Source: Nemertoderma westbladi | Taxonomy: Eukaryota; Animalia; Xenacoelomorpha | NCBI GenBank assembly: GCA_032718475.1 | Contig: JAUCBJ010008549.1 | Span: 5,161 to 69,160 of the forward strand | DNA length: 64,000 bases | Direction: 5' to 3' | In this document: positions 25,105 through 38,862 of the stretch, piece after piece | How positions within the stretch are numbered: position 1 is the first letter of the stretch | Layout of the letters: each line of letters starts with the position of its first letter | Translations under genes and position numbers: made by a program | The notes under the pieces: generated by a model | Told to the model about the DNA's origin: nothing | The model's database searches: none | What the model saw: the letters and a program-made list of their open reading frames with translations, nothing else

Positions 25105-27970
25105 AAGCAGGACCTTATCGCCCCTGGAATTTTATCGCCCCCATAAATTGCATTTTTGTTGGGAACTTATCGCCCCTGGGACTTTATCGCCCCCGAGTCT
25201 TTATCGCCCCTGGTCCCGTATCGCCCCTGTCATTATATGCAGGATACTTTCCCCCAACTGTCTCATACTTCCTCTAAGTCACATGTTTTCCTGTAGTTAT
25301 AGTTTACATTTATATTTATACTCAAGTAGTTTCAGTTAGAGGAGGCCTACAATTAGAAATTATATTATTCATATTCAATTCATAGACTAAGCAGCAGCTT
25401 GATTTAGTATTAACCCTTTTTTTGCACTTGTTGCTTTTAAGCAACAGTTAATTATTAGTCTTATCTCATAGAAAAACCATCAATCAACCATTACTGCACC
25501 TTGCGGCTTATATCCTTTAGGAAACAGAGTGGAAGGGTTTACTGTGGAAGATCACCCATGGTGGTGAACAGGCATTCCTTTAGGAAACAGAGTGGAAGGA
25601 TTTACTGTGGAAGATCACCCATGGTGGTGAACTGAACATGCATTCTTTTAGGAAACAGAGTGGAAGGGTTTACTGTGGAAGATCACCCATGGTGATGAAC
25701 ACTAACAGGCATTCCTTTAAGAAACTGAGTGGAAGGGTTTACTGTGGAAGATCACCCTTGGTGGTGAACAAGCATTCTTTTAGGAAACAGAGTGGAATGG
25801 TTTACTGTGGAAGATCACCCATGGTGGAGAACAGGCATTCCTTTAGGAAACAGAGTGGAAGGGTTTACTGTGGAGGATCACCCATGGTGGTGAACAAGCA
25901 TTCCTTTAGGAAACAGAGCGGAAGGGTTTACTGTGGAAGATCGCCCATGGTGGTGAACAGGCATTCCTTTAGGAAACATAGTGGAAGGGTTTACTTCGGA
26001 AGATCACCCATTGTGGGGAACAGGCATTCCTTTAGGAAAAAGAGTGGAAGGGTTTACTGTGGAAGATCGCCCATGGTGGTGAACAGGCATTCCTTTAGGA
26101 AACATAGTGGAAGGGTTTACTTTGGAAGATCACCCATTGTGGGGAACAGGCATTCCTTTAGGAAAAAGAGTGGAAGGGTTTACCGTGGAAGATCAGCCAT
26201 GGTGATTAACACGAACAGGCATTCTTTTAGGAAACAGAGTGGAAGGGTTTATGTGGAAGAACACCCATGGTGGTGAACAGGCATTCCTTTAGGAAACAGA
26301 GTGGAAGGGTTTACTGTGGAAGATCACCCATAGTGATGAACACGAACAGGCATTCTTTTAGGAAACAGAGTGGAAGGGTTTATGTGGAAGAACACCCACG
26401 GTGGTGAACAGACATTCCTTTAGGAAACAGAGTGGAATGGTTTACTGTGGAAGATCACCCATGGTGGTGATTTGTGAACAAGCATTCCTTTAGGAAACAG
26501 AGCGGAAGGGTTTACTGTGAAAGATCACCCATGGTGATGAACACGAACAGGCATTCTTTTAGGAAACAGAGTGGAAGGGTTTATGTGGAAGAACACCCAT
26601 GGTGGTGAACAGGCATTCCTTTAGGAAACAGAGTGGAAGGGTTTACTGTGAAGATCACCCATGGTGATGAACACGAACAGGCATTCTTTTAGGAAACAGA
26701 GTGGAAGGGTTTATGTGGAAGAACACCCACGGTGGTGAACAAGCATTCCTTTAGGAAACAGAGCGGAAGGGTTTACTGTGGAAGATCACCCATGGTGGTG
26801 AACAGACATTCCTTTAGTAAACAGAGTGGAATGGTTTACTGTGGAAGATCACCCATGGTGGTGAACAGGCATTCCTTTATGAAACAGAGTGGAGGGTTTA
26901 CTGTGGAAGATCACCCATGGTGGTGAACAGACATTCCTTTAGTAAACAGAGTGGAATGGTTTACTGTGGGAGATCACCCATGGTGGTAAACTGGCATTCC
27001 TTTAGGAAACAGAGCGGAAGGGTTTACTGTGGAAGATCAACCATGGTGGTGAACAAGCATTCCTTTAGGAAAAATAGTGGAAGGGTTTACTGTGGAAGAT
27101 CACCCATGGTGATAAACACGAACAGGCATTCTTTTAGGAAACAGAGTGGAAGGGTTTATGTGGAAGAACACCCATGGTGGTGAACAGGCATTCCTTTGGG
27201 AAACAGAGTGGAAGATCACCCATGGTGATGAACACGAACAGGCATTCTTTTAGGAAACAGAGTGGAAGGGTTTATGTGGAAGAACACCCATGGTGGTGAA
27301 CAGGCATTCCTTTAGGAAACAGAGTGGAATGGTTTACTGTGGAAGATCACCCATGGTTGTGAACAAGCATTCCTGTAGGAAACAGAGCGGAAGGGTTTAC
27401 TGTGGAAGATCACCCATGGTGGTGAACAGGCATTCCTTTAGGAAACAGAGTGGAAGGGTTTACTTTGGAAGATCACCCATGGTGATGAACACGAACATGC
27501 ATTCTTTTAGGAAACAGAGTGGAACGGTTTATGTGGAAGAACACCCATGTTGGTGAACAAGCATTCCTTTAGGAAACAGAGCGGAAGGGTTTACTGTGGA
27601 AGATCACCCATGGTGGTGAACAGGCATTCTTTTAGAAAACAGAAAACAGATTGGAAGGGTTTATTGTGGAAGATCACCCAAGGACACAACGTGGTGATCA
27701 GGCATTCGTTTAGGAAGCAGAGTTGAATGGTTTAATTTGGAAGCTCAGCCTTGACGGCGTACAGGCATTCCCTAGCTTACTACGTTTATCTCCTTCAAAA
27801 TTCAGAAATTCATATTTGTCGCAGGGGCGATTAGTTACCAGGGGCGATAAAGACCCGGGGGCGATATGTTACCAGGGGCGATAAAGACCCGGGGGCGATA
27901 TGTTCCCAAGGGGCGATAAAGAACCATTTGAGGGGCGATAAGTTCCCAGGGGGCGATAAGGCCCTACACT
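25105..27970. mobile_element. Non-autonomous TIR element with inverted subterminal (ttatcgcccc) motifs enclosing a satellite
   Basis: Repeated ttatcgcccc at 25110-25230 and ggggcgata at 27823-27965, with similar outer ends in inverted orientation. Confidence 0.65.
25513..27770. repeat. 63-bp minisatellite, ~35 copies
   Basis: Unit cattcctttaggaaacagagtggaagggtttactgtggaagatcacccatggtggtgaacagg with +6/-1 variants. Confidence 0.95.
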
Positions 27971-28814
27971 CTACTATACTCTATACGCGTATCGCTTGTA
28001 CCCACCCACCCTACACTAACAATGTCAGTATTAAATAAATTAAACACCAACTTACAGCAAATTATATTTTTAATATTAAATATTTGTAGAATATATATAA
28101 TTGAATTGGTTTTGTTTAAAATATATTAAGATAAGAATTTAAGATTGTAGTTGATGTATATAATGGTAACTTATTGAATTAATTATTAAAATCAGGAACG
28201 AATTCAACAAAGAAACTATTTTATAACGTTTAATTTCTACGGCTCGATCGAGACATCCACGGCGAGTTGAATTAGTTGTAACAAATTAATAACATGGGCA
28301 CCGAATACAACCAAGTTGTGTGAGGCAATAAGTTGAGCCGTCGTTATACCGGGATGGGACACGGCCGGGTTACCAAAATTAAGTTTTTAATTACCGCGGT
28401 ACATTTGTACTAAATTATTTAGATATTATTTTATTACGATAATTCGATGTAAAGTTCGAATAAATTATTATAAATTCTCGCGGAACAACAAATAATATTT
28501 GAAACAATAAAACCCGATAAATTATTAACAACAAGGTTTATAGCGGCAGCTATTTATTGTTACAATAACTTAATTCTGTTGAGATTCGGCCGTATCGTTA
28601 ACTATAGATTCCTGGCGTATTGCCGGGAAACGGATATCAATAAATTAATTGAATATTTAATTATTCTGAGTAAATTGGAAGATTTTTCAAACAGAATTTC
28701 TAGTTTAAAATTGTAATTAATAATAAAGGAAGTTTATTATAGGTAAACTAAAACGCGTTTAACACTCCGTCACTAACTCGCTTTATTTGACTAAGAAATT
28801 AATTGAAATCTAAC

Positions 28815-29124
28815 CGGAATAAATCCCTCTGGTTGATTAGCGGTTGTTACAGGAACTGTAGAGACATCTACGTCGTTCGTTAATGTACCGCTAGATGGTG
28901 TCGCGGTACTGCTATCAGTTGTATCGTTTAGAGCAAAGGGATTGGCTACAGTTACATCGCTGTCGGGCTTCCGATTGGCTACAGCTGTTGCAGTAGTCGG
29001 GGATTGGGGCGGCGTACTCTTAGGGGCCCCTAGCGAGCCGGGGTAGAATCTTCTCTGGGCCGACGGACTCTTGGCCAGTTTGTATTGCATGTAGGTTCCG
29101 GCTTGCGGGGGCGGCGGGGGGAAC
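28815..29124 (-). CDS. Shroom: Shroom-family exon 4 (FPPPPP motif)
   Basis: attttag acceptor, CCG|gttaga donor; 310 bp, phase 2/0. Confidence 0.75.
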
Positions 29125-29762
29125 CTAAAATAACAATAAAATAATTTCTGAGACAAAACTTATAAATGTTAGAGTCGAATCGTCAACTACAACTTGTGCG
29201 TAAACTACAATTTACTGTAGTAAAGTAAAAGTAAAGAAAACTTATGTATTTTTATATTACAAAGAGGAAACCATTGAAAATATTAGGTAACGTTTACTTC
29301 TATTGTACTGTAAGGCCAGGGATAACCACCCAGAACTATACTCCCCAGAGGAAACTCCACTAGGGATCGAACCCACGACTTCCAAGGCAATGGATTGCGG
29401 TAATTCGTAACGGTAATGACATTTTATAAAATATAATAAAATAAAAAATGTCGTTAAAATCTAAGAGTCAAAATACTGTATATTGTAATTATAATGTTTC
29501 AGTTTCAGGAACCGGTGTTGTCTGTTCTGTTAGATTATTAGAGCCAGTATTTAACGTGTTTCAATAATAACAGGGGAGGGAGAGCTTGTGGGTGGATTCC
29601 CGATAATTTATTATAAAAATGTCACAAAGTTTTAATAATAAATATTATTACTGAATAAAAAACTATCTAATTCATTAATTAAATATTAGGGAAGAAAAAA
29701 ACTCACATGATTATAATAATATAGTTTATTGAAAATTAATAAAATATTTCAAAAGATTTAAT

Positions 29763-32024
29763 GGGTTGTTCTTACAAAAAGTGGCCAAAATTTTGAGAAA
29801 AAATTGTCAATTTTTTTTTGTCAAAACCATATAAATATATACATATTTCGAGAGCTCTCGATGAGGTGATTTCGAATACACTAGTGGGCCGTTTTTTTTA
29901 CTAAAGTCGTAAGGTTTTATTCGCGAAAAACTAATGTCCACAATGTAACATTTTGTCCCTGATGTAACGCTACTTGTTAGCCAATCAGCAGCCTTCATTT
30001 CACAAAACGCCCACAATCTAACTCGTTGTCTCGAATGTAACGCTACTTGTTAGCCAATCATTATCCAGGATTTGACATTTAAAATATATACCAGAAATTC
30101 AACAGTCACTTTAATGTCATGTACGGATTTATTTTATATTTATACGGGCTTTTTACGGATTTATTTATCGACCCAATGGCTAAAAATAATATTTTTCAAA
30201 TCAGCAAATTATTTAGTTTGTATTATTGTATACATACAATATGAATATACATACTATTGTAACACTAATTGTACAAAATAGTTAACGGAATCCTTAAAAC
30301 CATCACTAACGTAATCTCTAAGTCCTTCACGTGTAACTAAGTCCTTCACGTGTAACGCCATCACTAACTTAATCTCTAAGTCCTTCACGTGTAACGCCAT
30401 CCCATCACTAACGTAATCTCTAAGTCCTTCACGTGTAACTAAGTCCTTCACGTGTAACGCCATCACTAACTTAATCTCTAAGTCCTTCACGTGTAACGCC
30501 ATCACTAACTTAATCTCTAAGTCCTTCACGTGTAACGCCATCCCATCACTAACGTAATATCTAAGTCCTTCACGTGTAACTAAGTCCTTCACGTGTAACG
30601 CCATCACTAACTTAATCTCTAAGTCCTTCACGTGTAACGCCATCACTAACTTAATCTCTAAGTCCTTCATGTGTAACGCCATCACTAACTTAATCTCTAA
30701 GTCCTTCACGTGTAACGCCATCCCATCACTAACGTAATCTCTAAGTCCTTCACGTGTAACGCCATCACTAACTTAATCTCTAAGTCCTTCTAACTTAATC
30801 TCTAAGTCCTTCACGTGTAACGCCATCCCATCACTAACTTAATCTCTATGTCCTTCACGTGTAACACCATTACTAAATTCAATTGAGAAGTTCTTACCGG
30901 ACACAACACGCTTAATTCCGTTTGACAATTGTAATTGCATGACGATTAAGAAGTACTGTTTTAGAACCGAAATAAAGAAAGGTAAACAAACTCATGAGCT
31001 TTTCCTAAACCCTTTAGGTAGTTAGTACTAAGTAATACAGACTACAACAGATAATATTACTACTACAGTAGTTTATACTAAATACTGAAAACCAGAAACC
31101 ATCGACTATTGTTAATTTGACCCTGACTGCCTAATTTGTAAAAAGAAACGCCACTCGTACTGCTGTTCAGGCCCAACTACGTTACATGATGGACATGTCT
31201 CAAGTGTAACGCTATTGATTGTGACAGCGTTACATGCGTTACATGATGGACATTGAAGACATTTTTCATTAGCATGGCGTTGACTATCGTCTGTTTTGAA
31301 ACTATATTAAAATCAAATATGTGATTCGATAGATCTGCGATTGCTCTTTCATATGAGCCCTCAATGGTGTCGATATGATTAGTAAAGCAAAAGTTATCGC
31401 TTTTCAAAGTAGCGTTACATTGAGGACATTCCTAATGACGGTATTTTATGTAGATTTACGTTTTCGCACAATGCTCGAGTTCTAATGAACGAATTCTTAT
31501 AATTTTTTTACCTGCTGATAGCTAAATAAATCGCCGTTTAGAAATATCTCACTTGGAGATGTTGTGAATAAATATAAAAAAAACCATGTCATAAAAACGA
31601 GCGTTACATGGTGGACAAAATCCTAGTGACGGCGTAATTAATTGTTAGTAAATAGTAAATATATAAAATGTGAGTAGCTTCGGTTGAAAACCACCAATAG
31701 TATGTGAAAGAGCATTAAATTTGCTTTATTTTGATGTATGGTATGTGGAACCTTTGCATTCATTGCTTTAGCTCAGAAGCCAAATACTTAAAAATAATTC
31801 AATGTGACATTTCAAAAAACATGCATTTTCGATATTTGAAATGGTGTCATTCTCTAGGTTGTTAATGGAATTTGTTGAAAATTTGCTGAAATATGAGCAG
31901 ATTTCCGCTCTTCCGATTGGTATATAGGTTCATGGGGTTAAATCTGTGTTGTTTGGAAATATAACCGTGCGAATGCATGGACATTTTGACATAAAAGTTT
32001 GGCCACTTTTTGTGAGAACGACCC
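29763..32024. mobile_element. Non-autonomous DNA transposon (~30-bp TIRs) carrying a 39-bp array
   Basis: gggttgttcttacaaaaagtggccaaa vs tttggccactttttgtgagaacgaccc; internal tgtaacgc / gcgttaca motifs in opposite orientations. Confidence 0.72.
30300..30875. repeat. 39-bp minisatellite (ccatcactaacttaatctctaagtccttcacgtgtaacg)
   Basis: Direct tandem periodicity with subunit duplications. Confidence 0.93.
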
Positions 32025-32830
32025 TAAAATACCCATTTGTAATTAAATAAACAGCTAAACATTATTTGTGTCAACTTTTTACATTATTTAAGATTTCCGA
32101 ACACGAGAAAAATTCATTTAATAATAAAAAAAACTCAAAAACATAAAATAGTTTGAGAAAATTATATTTACAACTTATTTTACTGAAAAAAAAACCACAA
32201 ACAAATACATAAATATAAAAAATATATAATAAAACAAATATATAAAGTTTATAATAACTAACAAGTAAACTAAAGGCAATAAGTGGGTAGTTAAACCGAT
32301 AAAATAAACAACATCCGGAGTAATAGCTGACGGTATAGCTGGCATTCTCGGTGGATGGTGTTTATTCTACATTCCAGACAAAGCTAATTAGGCTGGAGTT
32401 GCCAAATATTCGCTAATTAGTCTCAGAATAAAGGCGATTAGGTGGAAACCAGATCGATACTGTACTGTAGTATATGTACATTGTACAGTTATAGTAGATA
32501 TACTGTATTTTGGTATAAATAAATATACAAGATCACAAGTTAATGGCCGCAGGGTCATATACTTACTGTACTAACAGCTGTACAATAGGGTCAGTCAGTG
32601 TTACCTTGTTTGCTACAGTAATTAATGAGTTGCATGAAATTTATTACACAAATAGTTTCACCTCCTTATAATAATAATATTAGACTTACTTAACTATCCC
32701 TGCTTAAATAAATCCAGAATCCAAATGTTTTTACTTATTATGACTTTAACTGAAACTTTATTACATTATTCAGTAACTTCCTAATCACCATTAAATAATT
32801 GTTTACAGAGTTGCTATGCGACTAACTAAC

Positions 32831-32988
32831 CCCAAAGTCCCGTCGTTTTCGATCAGGCCTCCAGCCCGTATGACGTCATCCAAGTCTGTGACTTGCAGTG
32901 AGTCAGCAGTGCCAACTGAATCCATTGATACACTGCCAGTTAGAAGGACGTCCGGTAGGTTAAAGTCATCATTACTTTCAGTTTCAAT
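32831..32988 (-). CDS. Shroom: Shroom-family exon 3 (not in the ORF track)
   Basis: aaatag acceptor, GG|gttagt donor; 158 bp, phase 0/2; open frame IETESNDDFNLPDVLL...IENDGTL. Confidence 0.68.
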
Positions 32989-35221
32989 CTATTTATAAAT
33001 TAATTAACAAAACAAATATGGTATTTAAATATTCGGATTCGAACCTAACAGATTTTAATAATATTATAAAGATAAGTACACCTTCAACGTAGATCCTACA
33101 TTGAACTAAAAATCTAATACGACCAAAAATATGAAATAATTATTTAGTAATATTGAATAGAAATAACCTGTGCCCAATAACCAATCCACTTCACGGTTAG
33201 ATAATAAAGAATATATTTTGCTTTATTCTGTTTTATTTTGTATTTAATTGTTTTAATATTAATTAATTAATATATAATTTCATTGATCTTTTCAGCGTTT
33301 TAATCTATTAATCACACATGGAATCCCTTTTTATGAAAAGGGGATTGCAGGGATCCATATATTGCACTTGAAATAAATATATACATCAGAAAACTTTTAT
33401 TACATTTACCGTTCGAAATATAAATTAATCCAAAACTTGACGGTACAGTACGGGTAAGTCATAAAATAAGAACCAATATCAAATATAAACCGCATTATAC
33501 TGTAATACTAACAATAGTAAAGTGACAGATTATGTCTCGATTCTGTGTGACAGATGTCAGCTAAGTCAACTTCCATAATAAAATCGATAAATTACTAAAC
33601 CAGTTATTGGTATAATAGCCTGGAGAAAGACCTATGCAGTGTGCCAGTGCAACGTATAAAGAGTTACACATTAACCGAGTGAATATTGTACATCATACAC
33701 CACGGACGCAATGGGTAATGTCGACAAAGGCAGACTAACAAATCACCTGACAAACAATACAATACACGTCTACTATATCTATGTCCATGCAGGCGCCATG
33801 ATGTTATACAGTAATGTAAGCCTAAGAATAGCACAACTACGCGAACTAACAATGAACAGACTGTTAGTACTGTAGTTAACTGCAGCTACGTAGATTTAAG
33901 GGGATGTTTTCTGGGCTGGCCGGTATCTATATTAATTAACTACTGTAGTACTGTACATACATGTAACGTAACGTGCGGTCATACGGTGCAGTAGTAAGAC
34001 CATGTCGCGTCCACAAACTTTTTGGAAATCAGATCAGAAGTGTGCCTGCTGTATCATACCTCAAAAGTGGGACTTTTGGGTCATTGGTCTGATTTTATGG
34101 TACAGTAGGGGATCCTGACTGAATAGGGTACCGTAGGGATATGGTGCACATAAACAATGAGCTACATTATGATTATGGTGTCACACCTCATTTCCAATCT
34201 AAACCCAGCACTACCCTGCAATCCCCTTTAAGAAGTTTAACATGTTGACAGAATGCATTCGAGGCCCCAGCACATCAATACGAGCCGGTCCCGGTAGTCG
34301 GCGCAGCGCAGAAATGTGCTACGCCGGGGCCAGCGGCCAGTATAAAATACAGCACAACTTAGCCATAGGGTGTATCGGTACTGTACAATCCCCACCTACA
34401 GTAGTTACGGTTCAATAGCAAGGCAGCGCCAGGGCCATGCCTTTATGCCTACCTACGGCCTAATCTACGAAATACATAGGCCTATATGATAACGGGTAGC
34501 AGCAGCAGGAGCACTGAGCAGTCGCCCATATCTGCCGGTAGCGGTAGCCCTACCATATAATTTATAACCGGTAGGCGAACATCAGAAGCAGAACATGGTA
34601 GGCCACTAACGATATTATACTGTAATTCTGTATTTATTAGGCCTACTGTAATATTACCGGTACTGTATTATTTATATGCCAATTATTATATGAGTCAAAG
34701 AATATATAAGGAATAAGTTACAGTATTCGAATTACATTCTGTATGGCAGTATGGTGAAACAGGTACATGTACCGGTACGCGGAACATGCTGTGCTGTGCT
34801 ACTGACTGTAAGATGAATGCTAACTATCTCAGTATCTGCATGTTACAACCTATGGATCCGTTATCAGATAAGTTACCTATCACATTAATATTATTCAAAT
34901 TTCCCTCTATTTACATTCTCTTTCTTTATTTGTTGATAGATTATTGTAAAAAAATTACCAACTTATTTTGAAAAACAGTGAAAATTTATAACCTCCACAA
35001 CCCTAACGCCTTAAATTAACTATTTAAGTGGTGGCAAAAAAGTAGACATTTTGTCGAGCGTTATTATATAAAAAAAAGCAAGTCAAAAACTGTTTCTTCT
35101 TGTCGCCACTATGACGTAGTTTTATTTATTGAAAGTCTCTTTTTGAAAAAAATAAATAAATAGGCCTATCTTCCATCGAAGCTTTTCGAAATAGTAAAAT
35201 ACCGATGTATATAGCGAAATA

Positions 35222-35750
35222 ACTACTACTACTAGGTCGAGCGAACTCGGACAGTGGAAATTAGATCCTTCCAGGCTTCCCGATTCTCCATAGTTGTCGC
35301 AATTTCGTTTCTCTCAAGTTCAGTATCCCTTTCAAGTTGATCTATTTATGTTATGGCCGGTCGTCCACGACTACGCTTTCCATGAGTTAGTTGCCAGAAA
35401 AAAAGATCTGGTATGACTTTGCCAGCAGTGCCCACAGAATCTTAATCTGCGTTCACGGAGGGTGGTTGATACAGGTGGTATTGTACCATAAAGCTCGGCG
35501 TTTGCCATGTGTTGTCTCCAGCTGATGTTTAGGGCTGCCCTTAGTAGTTTTGTGTAGCAACCATCAATTCGTTGTTCAAGTGATTTAGTCAGTGTCCAGG
35601 TCTCACCCCCGTATAAAAATACACTTTCCACTGTGGCTCGAAAGAACTTAGTCTTCAGGTGCCTGGAGAGATCTGATTTCCAGATGGTATCCATTTTTGA
35701 TAGAGTTACCCAAGCGTCTTTGCTTTCCTAACTTCTATGTCCTTTTTGTA
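35222..35750 (-). mobile_element. RTE-clade LINE family B, 3' fragment
   Basis: ORF 35371..35694 is near-identical to the C-terminus of 8795..9781; (tag)n tail. Confidence 0.9.
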
Positions 35751-36739
35751 TCTATCTCTGTCTACTGTATGTCTATGTCCAAGCGAAATATGTAGCACTA
35801 ATTATTTATTGCATGGTAAATAATGGGTAACAGTTCCAGCACTACATTTTTATAACATAAATCATTGTTACCTACCATGGAAACATTGCAGAGTTCTAGA
35901 ACAAAATATAAATATTATACAATATTCTAGAACATAAATAAAATAAAAACAATAATTTTCTAGAACATATACAGTAGCTAGTTATTTTTAAATTTTAAAA
36001 GTAATATAAATTTAAGAAAGTTATTCAAAAAAATTTTGGGGTGCAAAATGCTCAGAAGTCAAATTATTAAAAGAATATGCGATGCCAGAGCTTTGTGTGG
36101 GGAGTGGAGTGCATTAACTATTAAGATAAAGTCTCCGAAACAACTGACATACAGTATAATACTTATGAGGTTACAGATAAGAAAAGGAGAATTAAACGGA
36201 TTCCATGAGATATTAAAGGCCAACAAAAGCCAATACTGAGTGGACTAAATAAACTAATTAATTTAAAGCTGTTTTCAAAAACTCTAAAATAAATATTAAA
36301 TTTGTGTTCAAAAATTTATTTAAATATAAATATATATATTTTTTAATTTACTAGCTATTTTAATATTTAAAAAATTGCTATATATGTTCTAGAACATCAT
36401 ATTTATTATTTGATTTATGTTCTAAAATAGTATATAACACTATTATATTGTCGTACTGTAGAACTCTTCAACGCTACCATATTATTAACAATGATATAGT
36501 ATATTTTTAAAACATACTGTCAGTATGTTTTAAAAATATACCGTACTGTAGGACTATACGGAACTCTAGCCAAATAATGTAGAACATTATCACTATTATT
36601 ATAGTGATTATGTTCCACGTCTCATTTAACATGTAGGCCTTACAGTAATAATTGTAATACATACTGTACAGTAGTTTTATTTGTGAATGGAACATTATTT
36701 TCACGACGTTATTAATTTATTAGTTACAATTACAGTAGT

Positions 36740-37285
36740 ACACGAAGTGGGGACTTCGCGCAGCACGAAGTTGGCAGAGCCTTAGCGAATTGACACTGTT
36801 AGGGGGTAGGTCAATTTATGCAAATAGTCACGTTGGCCCTCTAGCGGCAGACTGGAGAACTGCAGATGGATTCGCCTCCTTTGAAAGTCACAGCTAATGG
36901 TCTAATACATATCTGCCAAGTTTCAGCTTAAACGGATTAAAAGCAAAGAAATGGGAGGGCATTTAATGTTTAGACATGTGGCCCTCTAGCGGGAGACCAT
37001 TGCACTGATGGTGTCTGAAAGTCTCTCAAAAATCTCAACTTTTGCTCATATTGATACCTACAAATTTTCAACTTGGCAGCTTTAAATCCGACAAAGTTAT
37101 TAGCATGTCAAAATCGTAACGACGACGACGACGACAACGACGACGACGACGACAACGACGACGACGACGACAACGACGACGACGACGACAACGACGACGA
37201 CGACAACTATTTGCATAAATTGACCCACCCCCTAACAGTGTCAATTCGCTAAGGCTCCGCCAACTTCGTGGCTCGCCCCACATCT
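36740..37285. mobile_element. Element with ~65-bp inverted repeats and internal (cga)n microsatellite
   Basis: 36764-36828 is the reverse complement of 37206-37270; (cga/caa)n at 37118-37206. Confidence 0.8.
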
Positions 37286-37723
37286 CAAGTTACAGTATGT
37301 GCATTATGAAATTTTGATAAACAGGAATTTTGTTTAAATAGTGCCTATTCTAGAACAAATTAATGTTTCTTTAATCTTAATTAAGTCACCATTATGTTAC
37401 TGTGTACCCCACACCCCCAAAAACATTCAAGAATAAGAAAAACTTGAACTTGAACTAATTGTTTGAAGAATAGGTCTTTCTACACCATAATAATACCAAA
37501 AACTCAATTTGCAATTTGTAATTTGCAAATGATTTTTACCATTTTATAAATTTTTTCTAGAATAAAATCAATGTTCGACAGTATGACGACTTCTTGCTGC
37601 CCGAACCCCACTCTTGCGTTAATATTGAGTGTAAAACATCCTGTATACATAGTAGGCCTACACTACTGTATAGTTAATATAAATATTCTATGGATGAAAC
37701 AAATACATTAGTTATATACTAAC

Positions 37724-37947
37724 CAATCGATTTAATCTCTCTCGATCTGTAGAACTCATGGAATCGCCTGTATCTACGCTGTGCCTCCACCGCTGCACCA
37801 CCGGTGCCCGAGACCCTTCGAAGGGACTCGTTTCCATGACAGTAGTGGCCCGTCTAGCTGGGTTATGGCTCCTACTAACCCAGCCTGGTGCTGCAGGGAT
37901 TCCTTTCTCTGGGATTGGCGGTGGCCCTTCAGGGAGTGGTAAACAAC
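37724..37947 (-). CDS. Shroom: Shroom-family exon 2
   Basis: catacag acceptor, TTG|gttagt donor; 224 bp, phase 1/0; GCLPLPEGPPPIPEK...DRERLNRL. Confidence 0.72.
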
Positions 37948-38862
37948 CTGTATGTACATGGTACATATTTACCTTATACAATTTCAATAACATACTGTAA
38001 TTAAATGCCATGCAGTCGGTCATTATTCATACTGTAATAATGAAAAAAGCTATTTATCGCGGAGCTACTGTATTTACACAAATATCGCACTTTCTCAATT
38101 ACAGTATTTACGCAACCCGATCTACAGTACAAGGGTTGAACATCCAAAATCTATTTCATTCCACACGAACTAGATTATATTTACATCGGAGCTATCATTT
38201 GATCTCATATCATATCATCTCTAAAAAATAGAACATAAAACAAATAAATCATTGCACTAACTGGCTATAATATTAGAACCATCTATGTTGAACAACCTAT
38301 GTAATTACAGTATAAAATTAAATCATAAAATTCAAAAAAAATTAATTCAATAAAATTCAATTAAATTACTAAATTAAAAATTATTAACAATAACAAATAC
38401 ATATACAGTAATACAAAATAATAGCTGCGGCATTGGTAGTAAAATTTCGTCATAATTTTAACTTATAATTTTTGTCACATTCTAGTAAATTTGTGTTTTT
38501 TATAAACTAAAATATTCAGCACGTCAGCCATGCAAATATTGAAAACATTTTTTTGGCAAACACCGAAAGCGCAATAAGTCGCAGGATATATAGTACTTTC
38601 GACCATGGGATGTCGCCAAACAATTGATTATTCTGTATCACAACAAACTTTATCGAAAAAGGAAAATCTTTCTTTCTTCTTCTCCTTTTACGATAATAAC
38701 TGCTGTATCGATTAATGCACCACCTACTGTACTGTACTGTACCTGTTGTAAATAATACAGTGCGTATTATTCACAACAGGTAAATAATACAGTGCATAAT
38801 AATAGTCGGCATATAGAAAAAATATAGTAGTCCTACGCCTGCTATAAAACATAATCACAAAC

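Noticed and set aside
30898-30955. Possible extra Shroom exon (acag ... CCG|gtaaga)
   Set aside because: 58 bp, stop codon in the required phase, and lies inside a TIR element; exons 3 and 4 already join in phase.
37068-37283. Protamine-like Arg/Cys ORF
   Set aside because: Translation of a (cga)n microsatellite inside an inverted-repeat element.
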